In this document: positions 25,536-37,417 of the stretch, piece after piece | Layout of the letters: each line of letters begins with the position of its first letter | Numbering within the stretch: the first letter of the stretch is position 1 | Source: Octopus bimaculoides | Lineage: Eukaryota | Direction: 5' to 3' | NCBI RefSeq assembly: GCF_001194135.2 | Contig: NC_068986.1 | Coordinates: forward strand, 85,554,124 to 85,600,162 | Length of the DNA stretch: 46,039 bases | The notes under the pieces: model-generated | What the model saw: only the letters and a program-made list of their open reading frames with translations | What the model was told of the DNA's origin: nothing | The model's database searches: none | Program-made: the position numbers and the translations under genes

Positions 25536-25800
25536 ACTTCTTCCAATAAACCACAGTATGCTGCCGTATGTAACATATTTAGTATGATTACCATTCCAAT
25601 ATTGATAATTTTGAAGTTTGATACATTATTACATAATTTTTCTGAATACAGACCTTGATATCTTTCATGTCTTTCATGTTTGTGATTAAAATAATGATTG
25701 ATTCTTCTCATCATAAGTGTAATTTTTATGAATTAAAATGATGATTTGGCTCACAACATTATGAAGCTAACACTCCTTTTACTAATTGCTTTTCATACAG

Positions 25801-25813
25801 AAGATGTTTGTAG
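25801..25813 (+). other. Candidate 13-nt micro-exon
   Basis: Branch-like actaat, polypyrimidine tract ttgcttttcatacag|AAGATGTTTGTAG|gtaatt. Confidence 0.35.
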
Positions 25814-26537
25814 GTAATTTTCCCTACAATCAGTTTTTTTTTTTAAGTCATTACACTGTTCAGTATTAAAAAAAAATCTTACACACTTCTCTCTCATCAT
25901 TTAAGAACTGCAGTGACAATTTTGTTAATAAGATTTAATAAAACTTAAACATACACTCAGTTGGCATTGTACTGCCAAAGATCAAATTTACTCCTATGTT
26001 TTATTTTTAATTTAGTTTAATTTGCATCTTATGTTTAATTTAAATGGTGGGGTTGTTTTCTCTGGCCATTAAGATAATAATTGGTAATTTTCAATGATAT
26101 ACTTTTAATGAATTAATATTAAATTTGTTAGCTTTCCACTTTACTAATTGACTAATTATATAGCTTACTATAATTTATATATTAAGCATATTATTGCCAT
26201 TATACATGCCATTCTACAATATCTCACAGCCTATGTGTAATAAAATCACAAAGGAGTCTCTAGGAGTTGGGGTGGGTCATTTGACCTGCCAAATCTCTCT
26301 CAAATCACATCCTACTGTCTTGAAAAGGGAAGCACATGTTGCACAGTGTGGTTCTATATATGCTATGCCTAGCAGGAACACCTTTGATTACAGGTCTGAT
26401 TGATCAGTCATGACTTGGGGATAAACAACAACAGCTTATGCATAATGAGTTTAACATCAAATGGATTTGTTATACACTATCCATTACACACAATTAGTCT
26501 TAAGCTCTTGAAAGTATTTCAGGACTCCCAATCTAAA

Positions 26538-26772
26538 TACAGTTCTATATTTAAGAGATGAGGAATTATGTACATTATTTATATCATATACATTTGATGG
26601 ATATTTGTCTTTATCTTGTTTGTTGTTAACACAACATTTCAGCTGATATACCCTCCAGCCTTCATACGCCATATGCTCACGGGCATATGGTGTATGCCCG
26701 TGGGCATATGGCGTAGTGGTTAAGTGTGCGGGCTACTAATCCCAAGATTCCAAGTTTGATTCCAGGCAGTGA

Positions 26773-26811
<39 letters not shown>

Positions 26812-26953
26812 CAACATCGAAAAATGCCTTAGAAATGAGAACCGAGGTTTGAAATTTCCCCAAGACACCTGATGAAGGCTGGTGGGTATATCAGCCAAGA
26901 CGTTGTGTTAACAACAAACGAAATGAGGACAAATACCCGTCAAATGTAAATAA
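26538..26953 (+). mobile_element. Composite non-autonomous retroelement: inverted 3' copy + hairpin + tRNA-like head + (AAT)n + hammerhead-like Penelope-type tail; 12-bp flanking direct repeat
   Basis: tcccaatctaaa at 26526-26537 and 26954-26965. A box tggcgtagtgg at 26709-26719, B box agtttgattcc at 26753-26763. 26538-26665 is the reverse complement of the 26872-26953 tail plus extra terminal sequence. Confidence 0.85.
26864..26909 (+). ncRNA. Minimal type I hammerhead-ribozyme motif (this copy has GAAA mutated to AAGA)
   Basis: GACAC-CTGATGA-A-GGCTG(10-nt loop)CAGCC-aaga-C-GTT-GTGTT. Stem I is GACAC/GTGTT and stem II is GGCTG/CAGCC. Sister copies at 26628-26665 and 45663-45705 keep GAAA. 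Confidence 0.7.
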
Positions 26954-27328
26954 TCCCAATCTAAAGTTGAGTACTAGATCTGCTTGTTCAAGCCATAAGC
27001 ATACTTGAACTCAAAGTTATTTGCTAACGAACCACTTGTCAAATGAATTGTTTCTAACCAACATGAAAAGATTTTAGCTATGTTAATTGTGCCATTTGAG
27101 AAGTTGATGTATTGGCTATGAATATGATCTAGTGTGAGTGACAAGATTCAAACTACCAATACTTTGTTTGTTATTGTTGTTATTTCATTTTCATTTAATA
27201 TCACAATTGGTGAGCAATCAGAAAGCCAATCAGAAACAAGTGTTAAACTCAGTACAGAATAAATATCAAAAGGAACTTTGTTCAAAATGCAGTTTTTTTT
27301 CAGTTGTCAAATTATTGTTTACATCCAT

Positions 27329-28604
27329 GTCATCCCGTAAATAATGCGGTTTTTTTTCAATTACATGAACTAAAAGTTGGAGGGAGACAAGATAAACTAC
27401 CTGCATTAACTTGCTATAAAAGCAGGTAATAATTTTACCTTGTGCTTATTCTTAGTGCAAGTTTTGAAGAGTGTAGTTTGATTTTGATAGTTATATTTTC
27501 AAAGGTATAATGGAAGTGAAAAAGGAGCATATTCAGCATACTTTGCTTTATAAATTTGATAAAGGTAACAACGCAATGGAAAGTGCAGGGAATATTAATG
27601 CAGTATATGGGGATCAGACAATAAGTGTAAACCAGTGTCAATGGTGGTTCCAGAAATAGCGAGCCGGAAACTATAGCCTAGAAGATGAGTCTCATCCTGG
27701 AAGATCTGTAGAGCTTGATGAGATCCTGCAAACCCTGGTGGAATAAAATCCCATTGTAACTGTTGAGGAACTAGCAGAGAAGCTTGGATTTGGTCATTCA
27801 ACCATTCATTGACACTTGCATGCCATCGGAAAAGTCAGCAAAATGGGTTCCTCACAAACTTTCCAAGTCTAATTGCGTACAGAGGGTGAATGTGTACTCT
27901 CCGTTGCTGTCACGTCTCACGAATGAACCTTTTGGGGACTGAATAGTGGCTGGTGATGAGAAATGGATTCTCTATAAAAATGTCTAGTGCTGAAGACAGT
28001 GGGTAGGGAAAGGAGAAACACCAGTACCCTAGGCCAAAGATGATCTTCAACCTTGTAAGGTGCTGTAGTCTGCTTGGTGGGATATGAAAGGTTTAGTTCA
28101 CTTTGAACTTTTAAACCCAAACCAAATGATAGCAAAGGAGATCCACTGCAAGCAGCTTGAGTAGCTTAAGTCAGCACTCGAAGAAAAATGACCATCTTTG
28201 GTTTCAAGATGAAAGGTGTTCTTCCATCAAGATAATGCTTGGCCACATACAGCGAGGATGTCATTCCAGAGGCTGGAGCAGTTTGAATGTGAAACGATGG
28301 CCTACCCACCCACCATATTTGCTAGACATTTCGCCATCTGATTATCATTTATTCTGCAGTCTTCAAAATCATTTCGACAGAAAAAAATATGAATTCTGTA
28401 GATCAGGTCAGAACAGTTCTGGAGGGGTATTTTTTGTTGCAGACAAGTGAATTTTAGAAGAGGGGTATTGCAAGTCTACCAGATAGATGGAAAAGCATTG
28501 TAGAAAATGAAGGAGAGTATATTTTAGATTAAAAAAGAACTTTATCTTAATTTTGAAAAATATAAGAAGTAAAAAAAAACCACATTATTTCTGGAATGAC
28601 CCAA
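27329..28604 (+). mobile_element. Near full-length (~1.28 kb) mariner DNA transposon
   Basis: TIRs gtcatcccgtaaataatgcggtttttttt and aaaaaaaaaccacattatttctggaatgacccaa followed by TA; contains a transposase pseudogene. Confidence 0.93.
27510..28532 (+). pseudogene. Mariner (DD34D) transposase pseudogene
   Basis: MEVKKEHIQHTLLYKF..., WVPH, GDEKW, HQDNA(W)PH, HPPY..DISPSDYHLF. Multiple stops (several consistent with CGA to TGA) and frameshifts; DD34D spacing is restored after removing a ~4-nt insertion. Confidence 0.93.
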
Positions 28605-29588
28605 TATATATGTGTGTGTGTGTGTGTGTGTGTATGTGTGTATATATATATATATATATGTATGTGTACATGTGTGTATGCATGTATATGTGTGCGTGTG
28701 TGTGTAATATATATGCATACATATCTGTAAATCAACACCCACACATTATATGTATGTTATATATATATATATATATAAATATATATATAAATATATATTT
28801 ACATACATATATATGGATACATCCGTATCTCTATGCACGCCCAGTTGTGTATGAAGACACCATAATACATACTCACACACACACGTATATTCACAGACAT
28901 GAACACGCACATACACACATATGTATGTGCATATGCACATAGGTCTACTTGTACATACATATATGTATATTTACACAAACACGACAATTCTACAATTATC
29001 TGCAGCTAAAGTTAACATAAACACACACACATTCAAGGCATACACATTCATATACATGCCACTACGAGCACGTACACTCCCCTTACCTTTTCTTTGTTAA
29101 CGAAACATAAATAATGCCAACACTGCTTTATGTAATATAGAAGCGGAGAGAGAGAGAGAAACAAAAGACAAGCAAATACTTAAGGCAAACTTATGTACAA
29201 AACTCAAAACAAACGAAACATTTTTAAAATACAAAGAAGAGAAAAAAATTAGGAAAATTAAAAAAAAATTATCTACAAAAATTCCTACATTTTCTTTTAT
29301 TATTATTGCTGTTGTTGTTATTTCTATATTAGTTTTATCGTATTTTTGGGTGATTTTTAAAATTATTTCTTCCTCTAATTTAATACAAATACAGAGTATA
29401 TTATTAGTTTTAATGTGTGCTTACCTGTTTGCTAGTGTGTCAAAGTTCGTGCATCATCATCATGTTCGTCGTTCGTCGTTGTTGTTGTCATCATTGTCAT
29501 CATCATCATCACTTTCATAATCTCGGTTGTAGTGCAGAAAGTCCTTACTTTATCATTGTCATTGAGATGAATGTATTTTAACAGTAAC

Positions 29589-29643
<55 letters not shown>

Positions 29644-30039
29644 TGATGATGATGATAATAATGCTTTCTAATTGATGTATCAATACCAGCAGATGACAAC
29701 GTTNNNNNNNNNNNNNNNNNNNNNNNNNNNNNNNNNNNNNNNNNNNNNNNNNNNNNNNNNNNNNNNNNNNNNNNNNNNNNNNNNNNNNNNNNNNNNNNNN
29801 NNNNNNNNNNNNNNNNNNNNNNNNNNNNNNNNNNNNNNNNNNNNNNNNNNNNNNNNNNNNNNNNNNNNNNNNNNNNNNNNNNNNNNNNNNNNNNNNNNNN
29901 NNNNNNNNNNNNNNNNNNNNNNNNNNNNNNNNNNNNNNNNNNNNNNNNNNNNNNNNNNNNNNNNNNNNNNNNNNNNNNNNNNNNNNNNNNNNNNNNNNNN
30001 NNNNTAGTGAAGTGAAAGCACGTTATAAAAATAAAACTA

Positions 30040-30115
<76 letters not shown>

Positions 30116-30150
30116 GTAATAATAATAATAACAACAATAATAATAATAAT

Positions 30151-30665
30151 CTTTTCTTTATTGGCTACAAGGGCCGAGCCCAGAGCTAAAGGGAAAATAC
30201 AGTACAAGGGACAAAAGGGGGTTTAGCACAAAATTTCGTGTATAGAAATGAAACAAGAACAAATAACAAAATTCAACAAAAGATTCCACAAAAGTGGGGG
30301 TGTTCATGCAGGTACAACCAAGAATCCCTACATGTCCTGGTTATTCCGACCGTCAGGGGTACTTCAGCAAGCGCCTCACCCCTTCTCAATTCTTCCACTT
30401 TACAAGCGTATGCTCAGAGTAGGCTCATTCACACGGGCAATCCTCGCCACTTACAACTACATTTCAGCAAAAATACTGGTGAGTAGTATGTCCCTCACCA
30501 GTTTTGCTTTCCTTTTCACGGGAAATTTGAAAACGTCAATGGTGGGCTTGGTCTTCAGTCCTTTCAGCTGCGTCCAGCACACTAACCTCTTTCGACACAT
30601 CCACTAGACTGAGGAAATCTGCCTTTCCTTTCCTTCATGGTGATGAGGCGATCTTCACGATGAAC
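30151..30665 (-). mobile_element. 3' end of an L1/Tx1-like non-LTR retrotransposon ending at an (ATT)n tract
   Basis: Decayed minus-strand ORF end (..GKADFLSLVDVSKEV../WTQLKGLKT..FKFPVKRKAKLVR..VARIARVNEPTLSIRL*), then AATAAA and the micro-satellite. Clade assignment is from recalled similarity, not a search. Confidence 0.6.
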
Positions 30666-30669
30666 ACGG

Positions 30670-30725
30670 CTGATACCTAGATGTGTCCTACGCATCTGAT
30701 ACCGAGATGTGTCCTACGCGTCTGA
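30670..30725. repeat. 26-bp tandem repeat (ctgatacc(t/g)agatgtgtcctacgc(a/g)t x2 + ctga)
   Basis: Seen directly. Confidence 0.92.
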
Positions 30726-30908
30726 CGAGCGGAACACGATAATTGGTGTGTGTGTGTGTGTGTGTGTGCGTGCGTGTGTGTGTGCTCGCTCATATCCAGG
30801 ATTACTCTTCGGCAGGCACCTTTGGCACAGCATTTAGCACCCTTTTCATCATTTTAATTTTTGTTGACCATTATTTTTTTTTTTAGTTCAGTATATGTAA
30901 AAGCGCGT

Positions 30909-31170
30909 GGAGGCGTGTGGCCTAGTGGTTAAGGTGTCAGCATCATGATCGTAAGATTGTGGTTTCGATTCCTAGACTGGGCGACGCGTTGTGTTCTTGA
31001 GCAAAACACTTCATTTCACGTTGCTCCAGTTCCAGTCAGCTGGCAAAAATGAGTAACACTGCGATGGACTGGCGTCCCGTCCAGCTGATGAACACATACG
31101 CCATTGAAACCGGGAAACTGGGCCCATGAGCCTTGCTAGGCTTTAAAAGGGCGCATTTATTTATTTATAT
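30909..31170 (+). mobile_element. Complete tRNA-derived SINE (family A) with (TTTA)n tail
   Basis: A box tggcctagtgg, B box gtttcgattcc, core ttgtgttcttgagcaaaacacttcatttcacgttgctccagt, tail tttatttatttat. Confidence 0.9.
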
Positions 31171-32047
31171 ATATAAAAGCGCACATGTTGTTTCAATGTC
31201 ACCGGTTTTCCATTGTTTGCTTTTATCTTTTTCATTTCATTTTCTTTTTTTTTCAGCAGGATGGGGGCAATTTCATGTTCTTATTTAAATGTTTTCTGAA
31301 AAGCTTTTGAAAATTATTCGGTGTGTGTACAACGCCAGACGAAATAATCCATGGGGAAACATAAGTAAAAGTGTATTTACAAATAAAATAATTAGAAATA
31401 TCCATTCGAAAATGAAAGAAGTGGAGATGCAACAGTTTCTATGCTTAATCTATACAATAAAGAAAAAAAACACCATCTGCTTATCAATTAACTTGGAGTA
31501 TGTAATTTTTACTAAAAGAAAGCAATTAACAAAGTCTACCATATCCAGAAAATTCTTAAAACTTCTAATTGTGATATGCTTTTAGTATGGAAAATTTCAG
31601 CTACAGAAAACTAATTTTAGCTCACTGATGTAGTGTTTTGTTTTTTAACGCTTCAAGATAGATTTCCCTATTTACCTTTTCTGCCTTCTATACCCAAAGT
31701 ATGAGAGTGTCCTCTCCAAGTTTGTTTCCTTCTACGTAGAATAACAAGCTTAGGATATAACCTTTCAAACTCACAAGTCTTAGCATCCTTATCCACCTTT
31801 CGATATATTGTTTCTACTTTAAACGCAAGACTAGCAATTTTGAGAGAACTGTTTTAGTCGATAACTTCGACACTAAATTTCAACGGTTTTTAACATTTAA
31901 AAAAATGTATTAACCCCTAACAGAATGAACGGCACAGTTGATCTCAGAAATAGGACTACGCATATAATTGAAAACCTGTAATACAAAATGTGTTCTAAAA
32001 CACGTACCGATGCACATAAACGGGGTGGGGAGGTATCGGAACACAGT

Positions 32048-32195
32048 GGAAGCGCGTAGCTTCGTGGTTAGGATGTTGAAATCACGATCGTAAGATTGTG
32101 GCTTCAATCTCTGAACCGAGCGATCTGTTGTGTTCTTCAGCAAAGCACTTAATTTCACGTTATTGCAGTCCAGTCAGCTGTAGAAATGAGTTTAG
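32048..32195 (+). mobile_element. SINE family A, 5' half
   Basis: Aligns with 30909-31050 (gatcgtaagattgtgg...ttgtgttctt.agcaaa.cactt.atttcacgtt). Confidence 0.85.
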
Positions 32196-33594
32196 ATTGG
32201 AGAGAGATGGTCTCCGGCAGGCTTTCTCTCCCTTGCGCCCCAACGACACCCAAGGGGTTAAGGGATTTTTCAAAGTCAATACATAGTTTAATAGAATGCA
32301 TACATAAAGTGCTATATACCAACGTAAAAGCGACAATATGCCTTTTCTATGTAAGAAAACGATCCCTAAATAATTTGATCACCCTTTTGCTCCGCTTCTC
32401 TTCTAAAATTTGCATCCTCCGAATTGCTTATGCCCACCTAAGGACTTTGACATGTCCTGGTGAATCCCAGTTTCACTGCTCGGGAATTGGGACACGAGCT
32501 GTTAGGTGATCACACTCGTGATCTAACTATTTATTTTCGAGAAGCGAATGGTATTTAGCCATCATCTCTTCTAATATCACCGTTTGAATAACACCAGGTT
32601 TCTAGCCTTCAACAAGTGGACTCCTCTTTTCATTTTTATTCAACATATTTTATTTTTCATGCTTAACATTAAGGTAATACACACACACATACCACGCGCA
32701 CACGCACACACACATACCACGCACACACGCACACACACATACATACGCACATAGACAGTGGAAGCATACACACACATACACACATTCACATATTTACATA
32801 CTCTTAATGAATGAAAGTTGCTGCACTGATAACACCATTGCGACGCCAGAAGAAATCTTGAATGAATGTGTTACACTTGTAAAAAGGCTAAAATCAATTT
32901 GGTATGTTCAGCAAATCAAAGAGAGCCAATATTTTGACAGTTAATCAATCGAGTCAACTTTCAAATTGAACACCCTGCATATGCGTAGTAATCAATATGT
33001 ACAACATAAGCGCTATAAAGTGTGGGATTCATCTGTGCGAAGCTTAATAAAACGATCTTAACATATTTTGAAATAGAAATATTCACCGGATTGTGAATTT
33101 CCAAAATGAATTTTGCCATTATATAAAATACGCATGAATCCAGTCTGCAATTCTGGAAATGCTTGCTGCTGGTTTCCCGCTAAATGTAGAATCTCGTCCA
33201 GAATAGTAGCATACAAGATAAAAAGAAGTTTAACTGAGGAACAACTGGATTTACATGGCCACTTGTAATGTAGTTGAAGCAATTATTAATGTTTGTTATA
33301 ATTATTAAACAATTATAATAGCCATCTTAATCAGTGAATATAAAATTCATTAATCAATATTGTAAATGAACTTTAGTAGTAATTACACATTTGTATGTAT
33401 ATATGTGTCTATCGTGTTAGGTGTAGATGGGTTTCCATTATTCTCAACTGAATTACCTGCCCTTCATCTAAAGAGTAATTCGTTGTACACACCATAAATA
33501 AGATTAACCATATTGCGATTCTCAAGAAGAATGGACGTAACGATGAGCAGTAAGGCTATAGCTTTGAATTGAATGAATAGTCCACCAAAGGATT

Positions 33595-33745
33595 GCAACA
33601 CAGTATTTTCTGCACGATTTCATACACAAAGTTTGGGTCAAACCGAGGCTATGCAAACTGGCAAATATCCAACATAACATGCTGTGAGATCGAACGTAAG
33701 ACCTCTTCATTTCAAAGCAAACACCTGAATCATACAGCTATACAG
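33595..33745 (-). mobile_element. Old, decayed SINE family C head
   Basis: gtgagatcgaac...aaagcaaacacctgaatcatacagctatac resembles the other family C heads. Confidence 0.45.
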
Positions 33746-34949
33746 AGCCTATAGAAGACTCTATATACATTTTCATTTTTCTTCTCTGTGCAGACAGGTA
33801 CACTAACACGCATACACATCCAAACATAACTAGAGATATGTTTGCGTACATGTATGTATGATTGTTTGTAATTGAGCGTGCGTATATTTGTGCGTATATA
33901 TAAATTTATATATATATAGAGAGAGAGATATGCAGGGCAGGGAATCGTCAATTAGTAATAAAATTAATAATTAACAATTTTGCCGGGTAGCTCAGTATGA
34001 AAAAACTTTTTCGGTAAAAATCATTTATAATCATAAATATATAGGGATTGACAGTAACCTGCTTCTCCAACATACTGAGAATTCAGAAATAGCAGCCAAA
34101 GAACTACTGATTCCAAAACTACAAATTATTACTCTAAATTGATAGCGATATTTTTGATACACACAGAACAATAAACAGTAGAGAAGAGTAAAAAAACCAC
34201 CTGCCTTTAGTTAATTTAGTACGATCGTTTCACAGTTAAGAGTAAAGAATACTCTATTCTGATCTTCAGCTAAATATTCTANNNNNNNNNNNNNNNNNNN
34301 NNNNNNNNNNNNNNNNNNNNNNNNNNNNNNNNNNNNNNNNNNNNNNNNNNNNNNNNNNNNNNNNNNNNNNNNNNNNNNNNNNNNNNNNNNNNNNNNNNNN
34401 NNNNNNNNNNNNNNNNNNNNNNNNNNNNNNNNNNNNNNNNNNNNNNNNNNNNNNNNNNNNNNNNNNNNNNNNNNNNNNNNNNNNNNNNNNNNNNNNNNNN
34501 NNNNNNNNNNNNNNNNNNNNNNNNNNNNNNNNNNNNNNNNNNNNNNNNNNNNNNNNNNNNNNNNNNNNNNNNNNNNNNNNNNNNNNNNNNNNNNNNNNNN
34601 NNNNNNNNNNNNNNNNNNNNNNNNNNNNNNNNNNNNNNNNNNNNNNNNNNNNNNNNNNNNNNNNNNNNNNNNNNNNNNNNNNNNNNNNNNNNNNNNNNNN
34701 NNNNNNNNNNNNNNNNNNNNNNNNNNNNNNNNNNNNNNNNNNNNNNNNNNNNNNNNNNNNNNNNNNNNNNNNNNNNNNNNNNNNNNNNNNNNNNNNNNNN
34801 NNNNNNNNNNNNNNNNNNNNNNNNNNNNNNNNNNNNNNNNNNNNNNNNNNNNNNNNNNNNNNNNNNNNNNNNNNNNNNNNNNNNNNNNNNNNNNNNNNNN
34901 NNNNNNNNNNNNNNNNNNNNNNNNNNNNNNNNNNNNNNNNNNNNNNNNN

Positions 34950-35009
<60 letters not shown>

Positions 35010-36944
35010 GGTAGGTATGTATGCATGTATGCATGGATGAATGTATATATGTATGTTTGTATGTAAACATATATGTATATAAACACATATATGGCATCGA
35101 CACATTCTTTCGCAGATATTTGGCTGTTCTTGCTACTGCAGATGTTGCTGGTGCTGCAACTCCTACTATTATCATATTCTCGTATCTGTTACATATGAAA
35201 TTAGATATGTGACATATCATTTCGTATTACGCAATGACTCTTCAACGATGGGATCTTTGATTACATTCAGCCATGACCATTCTATCACCGCCCACATTGA
35301 AAACACGTGCATGGTTACGCGTGTTTATGTATTAAATATATAAGTATATTGGTATATGAGTATGCAAACATATATGCATAGATATACGTAAAGCCATACA
35401 TATATATGCACACACACACACATACAGGAGGATATATATACATATATATACAAGCGCACACACATACAGAAGGATGGTATATANNNNNNNNNNNNNNNNN
35501 NNNNNNNNNNNNNATATATACAAACGCACGCATGTAGGTTGATCCATATACATATATATATACATATATTTAATTTGCCAAAATATTTTCGTCTATTTGA
35601 GACCGCGACCTGTTCACTGACAATATTTCGTGCTGCATATATATATATGTTATGTTACATGCGATGCACCTTTGTATACAGTTGTGTGTGTACGTGTGTG
35701 TGTGTTCATATGTATATGCACGTGTGTCTTTAAACACACACTCACAGATGCACACACACATATTAGATTTGTTAAATCCTTTCTCTGATGTTCCTGATTA
35801 CTAAACAAATATCGAACGTGTATAGCAATAGACTTTGAAGTATGCAATATGTAAAATGAGTTGATAAGGGAGATGTATTAATTTCATAGCTAAAGAGACA
35901 ATATGAAGCACATGAGAGGTAAGTTTATATTCAGATATAGGTTTGGAATATCATGTTTCTTTATTTATGAATGTAGACTACGTCACAATATAGAGAGTAA
36001 TGCACAAATCCATTCCTTACAACTGTCTGACGCCAGCAAACACATTGGGAAGACACTTAATCTGCCTAATTCGTCATGAAATTGTAATATCAATAAGAAC
36101 AATAAAAATATCAAAAATAACGACAATATTGAAGACAACAACGATAACAGTAAGCGCAATAGAAAAAAATACTTGAACAAAATATTTATTGCTTCATAAG
36201 AATGAAACCTGAGAATTTGGGTGGAGATTGAAGGGCGCAAAATTCGTGATTTTCTCAAGGACAGTGGTAACTTGGCTGTTTGAGAACGGAGATTTAATCC
36301 TAGACGCCTGCTTTATAATACGTGTAATCTATATTTCCCGCACGATAGCCTGTCTGAAAATTAATAACTATTATTCCTTAATATAGTTAATTATGGAAAC
36401 GATGTTAGTAAAATAAATTTATGTATATTTCCACGTCACCCAATTTTTAATGTGTACTCAATGTAGCAATGTGTATATGTTCCCATAAAACAATTTTACA
36501 AATTCTCCTGAAATTTTCCGTCATGAAAAATAATTCGCTTATTTGCGATTCTTTCATTCGACACTAAATATACTCCAAAAGGCATTTACCTTCACTATTG
36601 CGCTGCTTTCTCCCTCAGACAGAAGAGGCGATAGACAACTAAGTTGCTTCTAGTCAGTCACCTGGTCTATTAATAAGAGAGTTCAAATGTTCTTCAACCT
36701 AAAGCATTCTGTTAAAATAATGGCACGCTGCTGATTGTAGTTTTGCTCGGTTATATCTCTTGTATAGTAACACTAAAAGAACATTATATAAGACTGAAAA
36801 CAAAACGTGGATACAACGGTGGCTGCAAAGTGCTTCGAGCGGCAATTATTAGAACTATGGTATTATTATGAGTTACAGACACAAATACACACACACACAA
36901 AAACACGCACAAACAAACAAACACACACAAACACACACACACAC

Positions 36945-37010
<66 letters not shown>

Positions 37011-37384
37011 NNNNNNNNNNNNNNNNNNNNNNNNNNNNNNNNNNNNNNNNNNNNNNNNNNNNNNNNNNNNNNNNNNNNNNNNNNNNNNNNNNNNNNNNNN
37101 NNNNNNNNNNNNNNNNNNNNNNNNNNNNNNNNNNNNNNNNNNNNNNNNNNNNNNNNNNNNNNNNNNNNNNNNNNNNNNNNNNNNNNNNNNNNNNNNNNNN
37201 NNNNNNNNNNNNNNNNNNNNNNNNNNNNNNNNNNNNNNNNNNNNNNNNNNNNNNNNNNNNNNNNNNNNNNNNNNNNNNNNNNNNNNNNNNNNNNNNNNNN
37301 NNNNNNNNNNNNNNNNNNNNNNNNNNNNNNNNNNNNNNNNNNNNNNNNNNNNNNNNNNNNNNATATATATAGATAGATAGATAG

Positions 37385-37417
<33 letters not shown>

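Noticed and set aside
26702-26775. tRNA gene (also 30909-30975 and 32048-32110)
   Set aside because: A and B boxes are present, but the acceptor stem does not close and each runs into a repeat body; these are SINE heads.
31910-32261. Possible fourth TTAA-flanked MITE (TTAACCCCT...AGGGGTTAA)
   Set aside because: The inverted match is only 5 bp beyond TTAA and does not extend.
33088-33182. Minus-strand exon candidate (tag|CGGGAAACC...CCG|gtgaat)
   Set aside because: Two frames are open, there is no recognisable protein and no neighbouring compatible exon.
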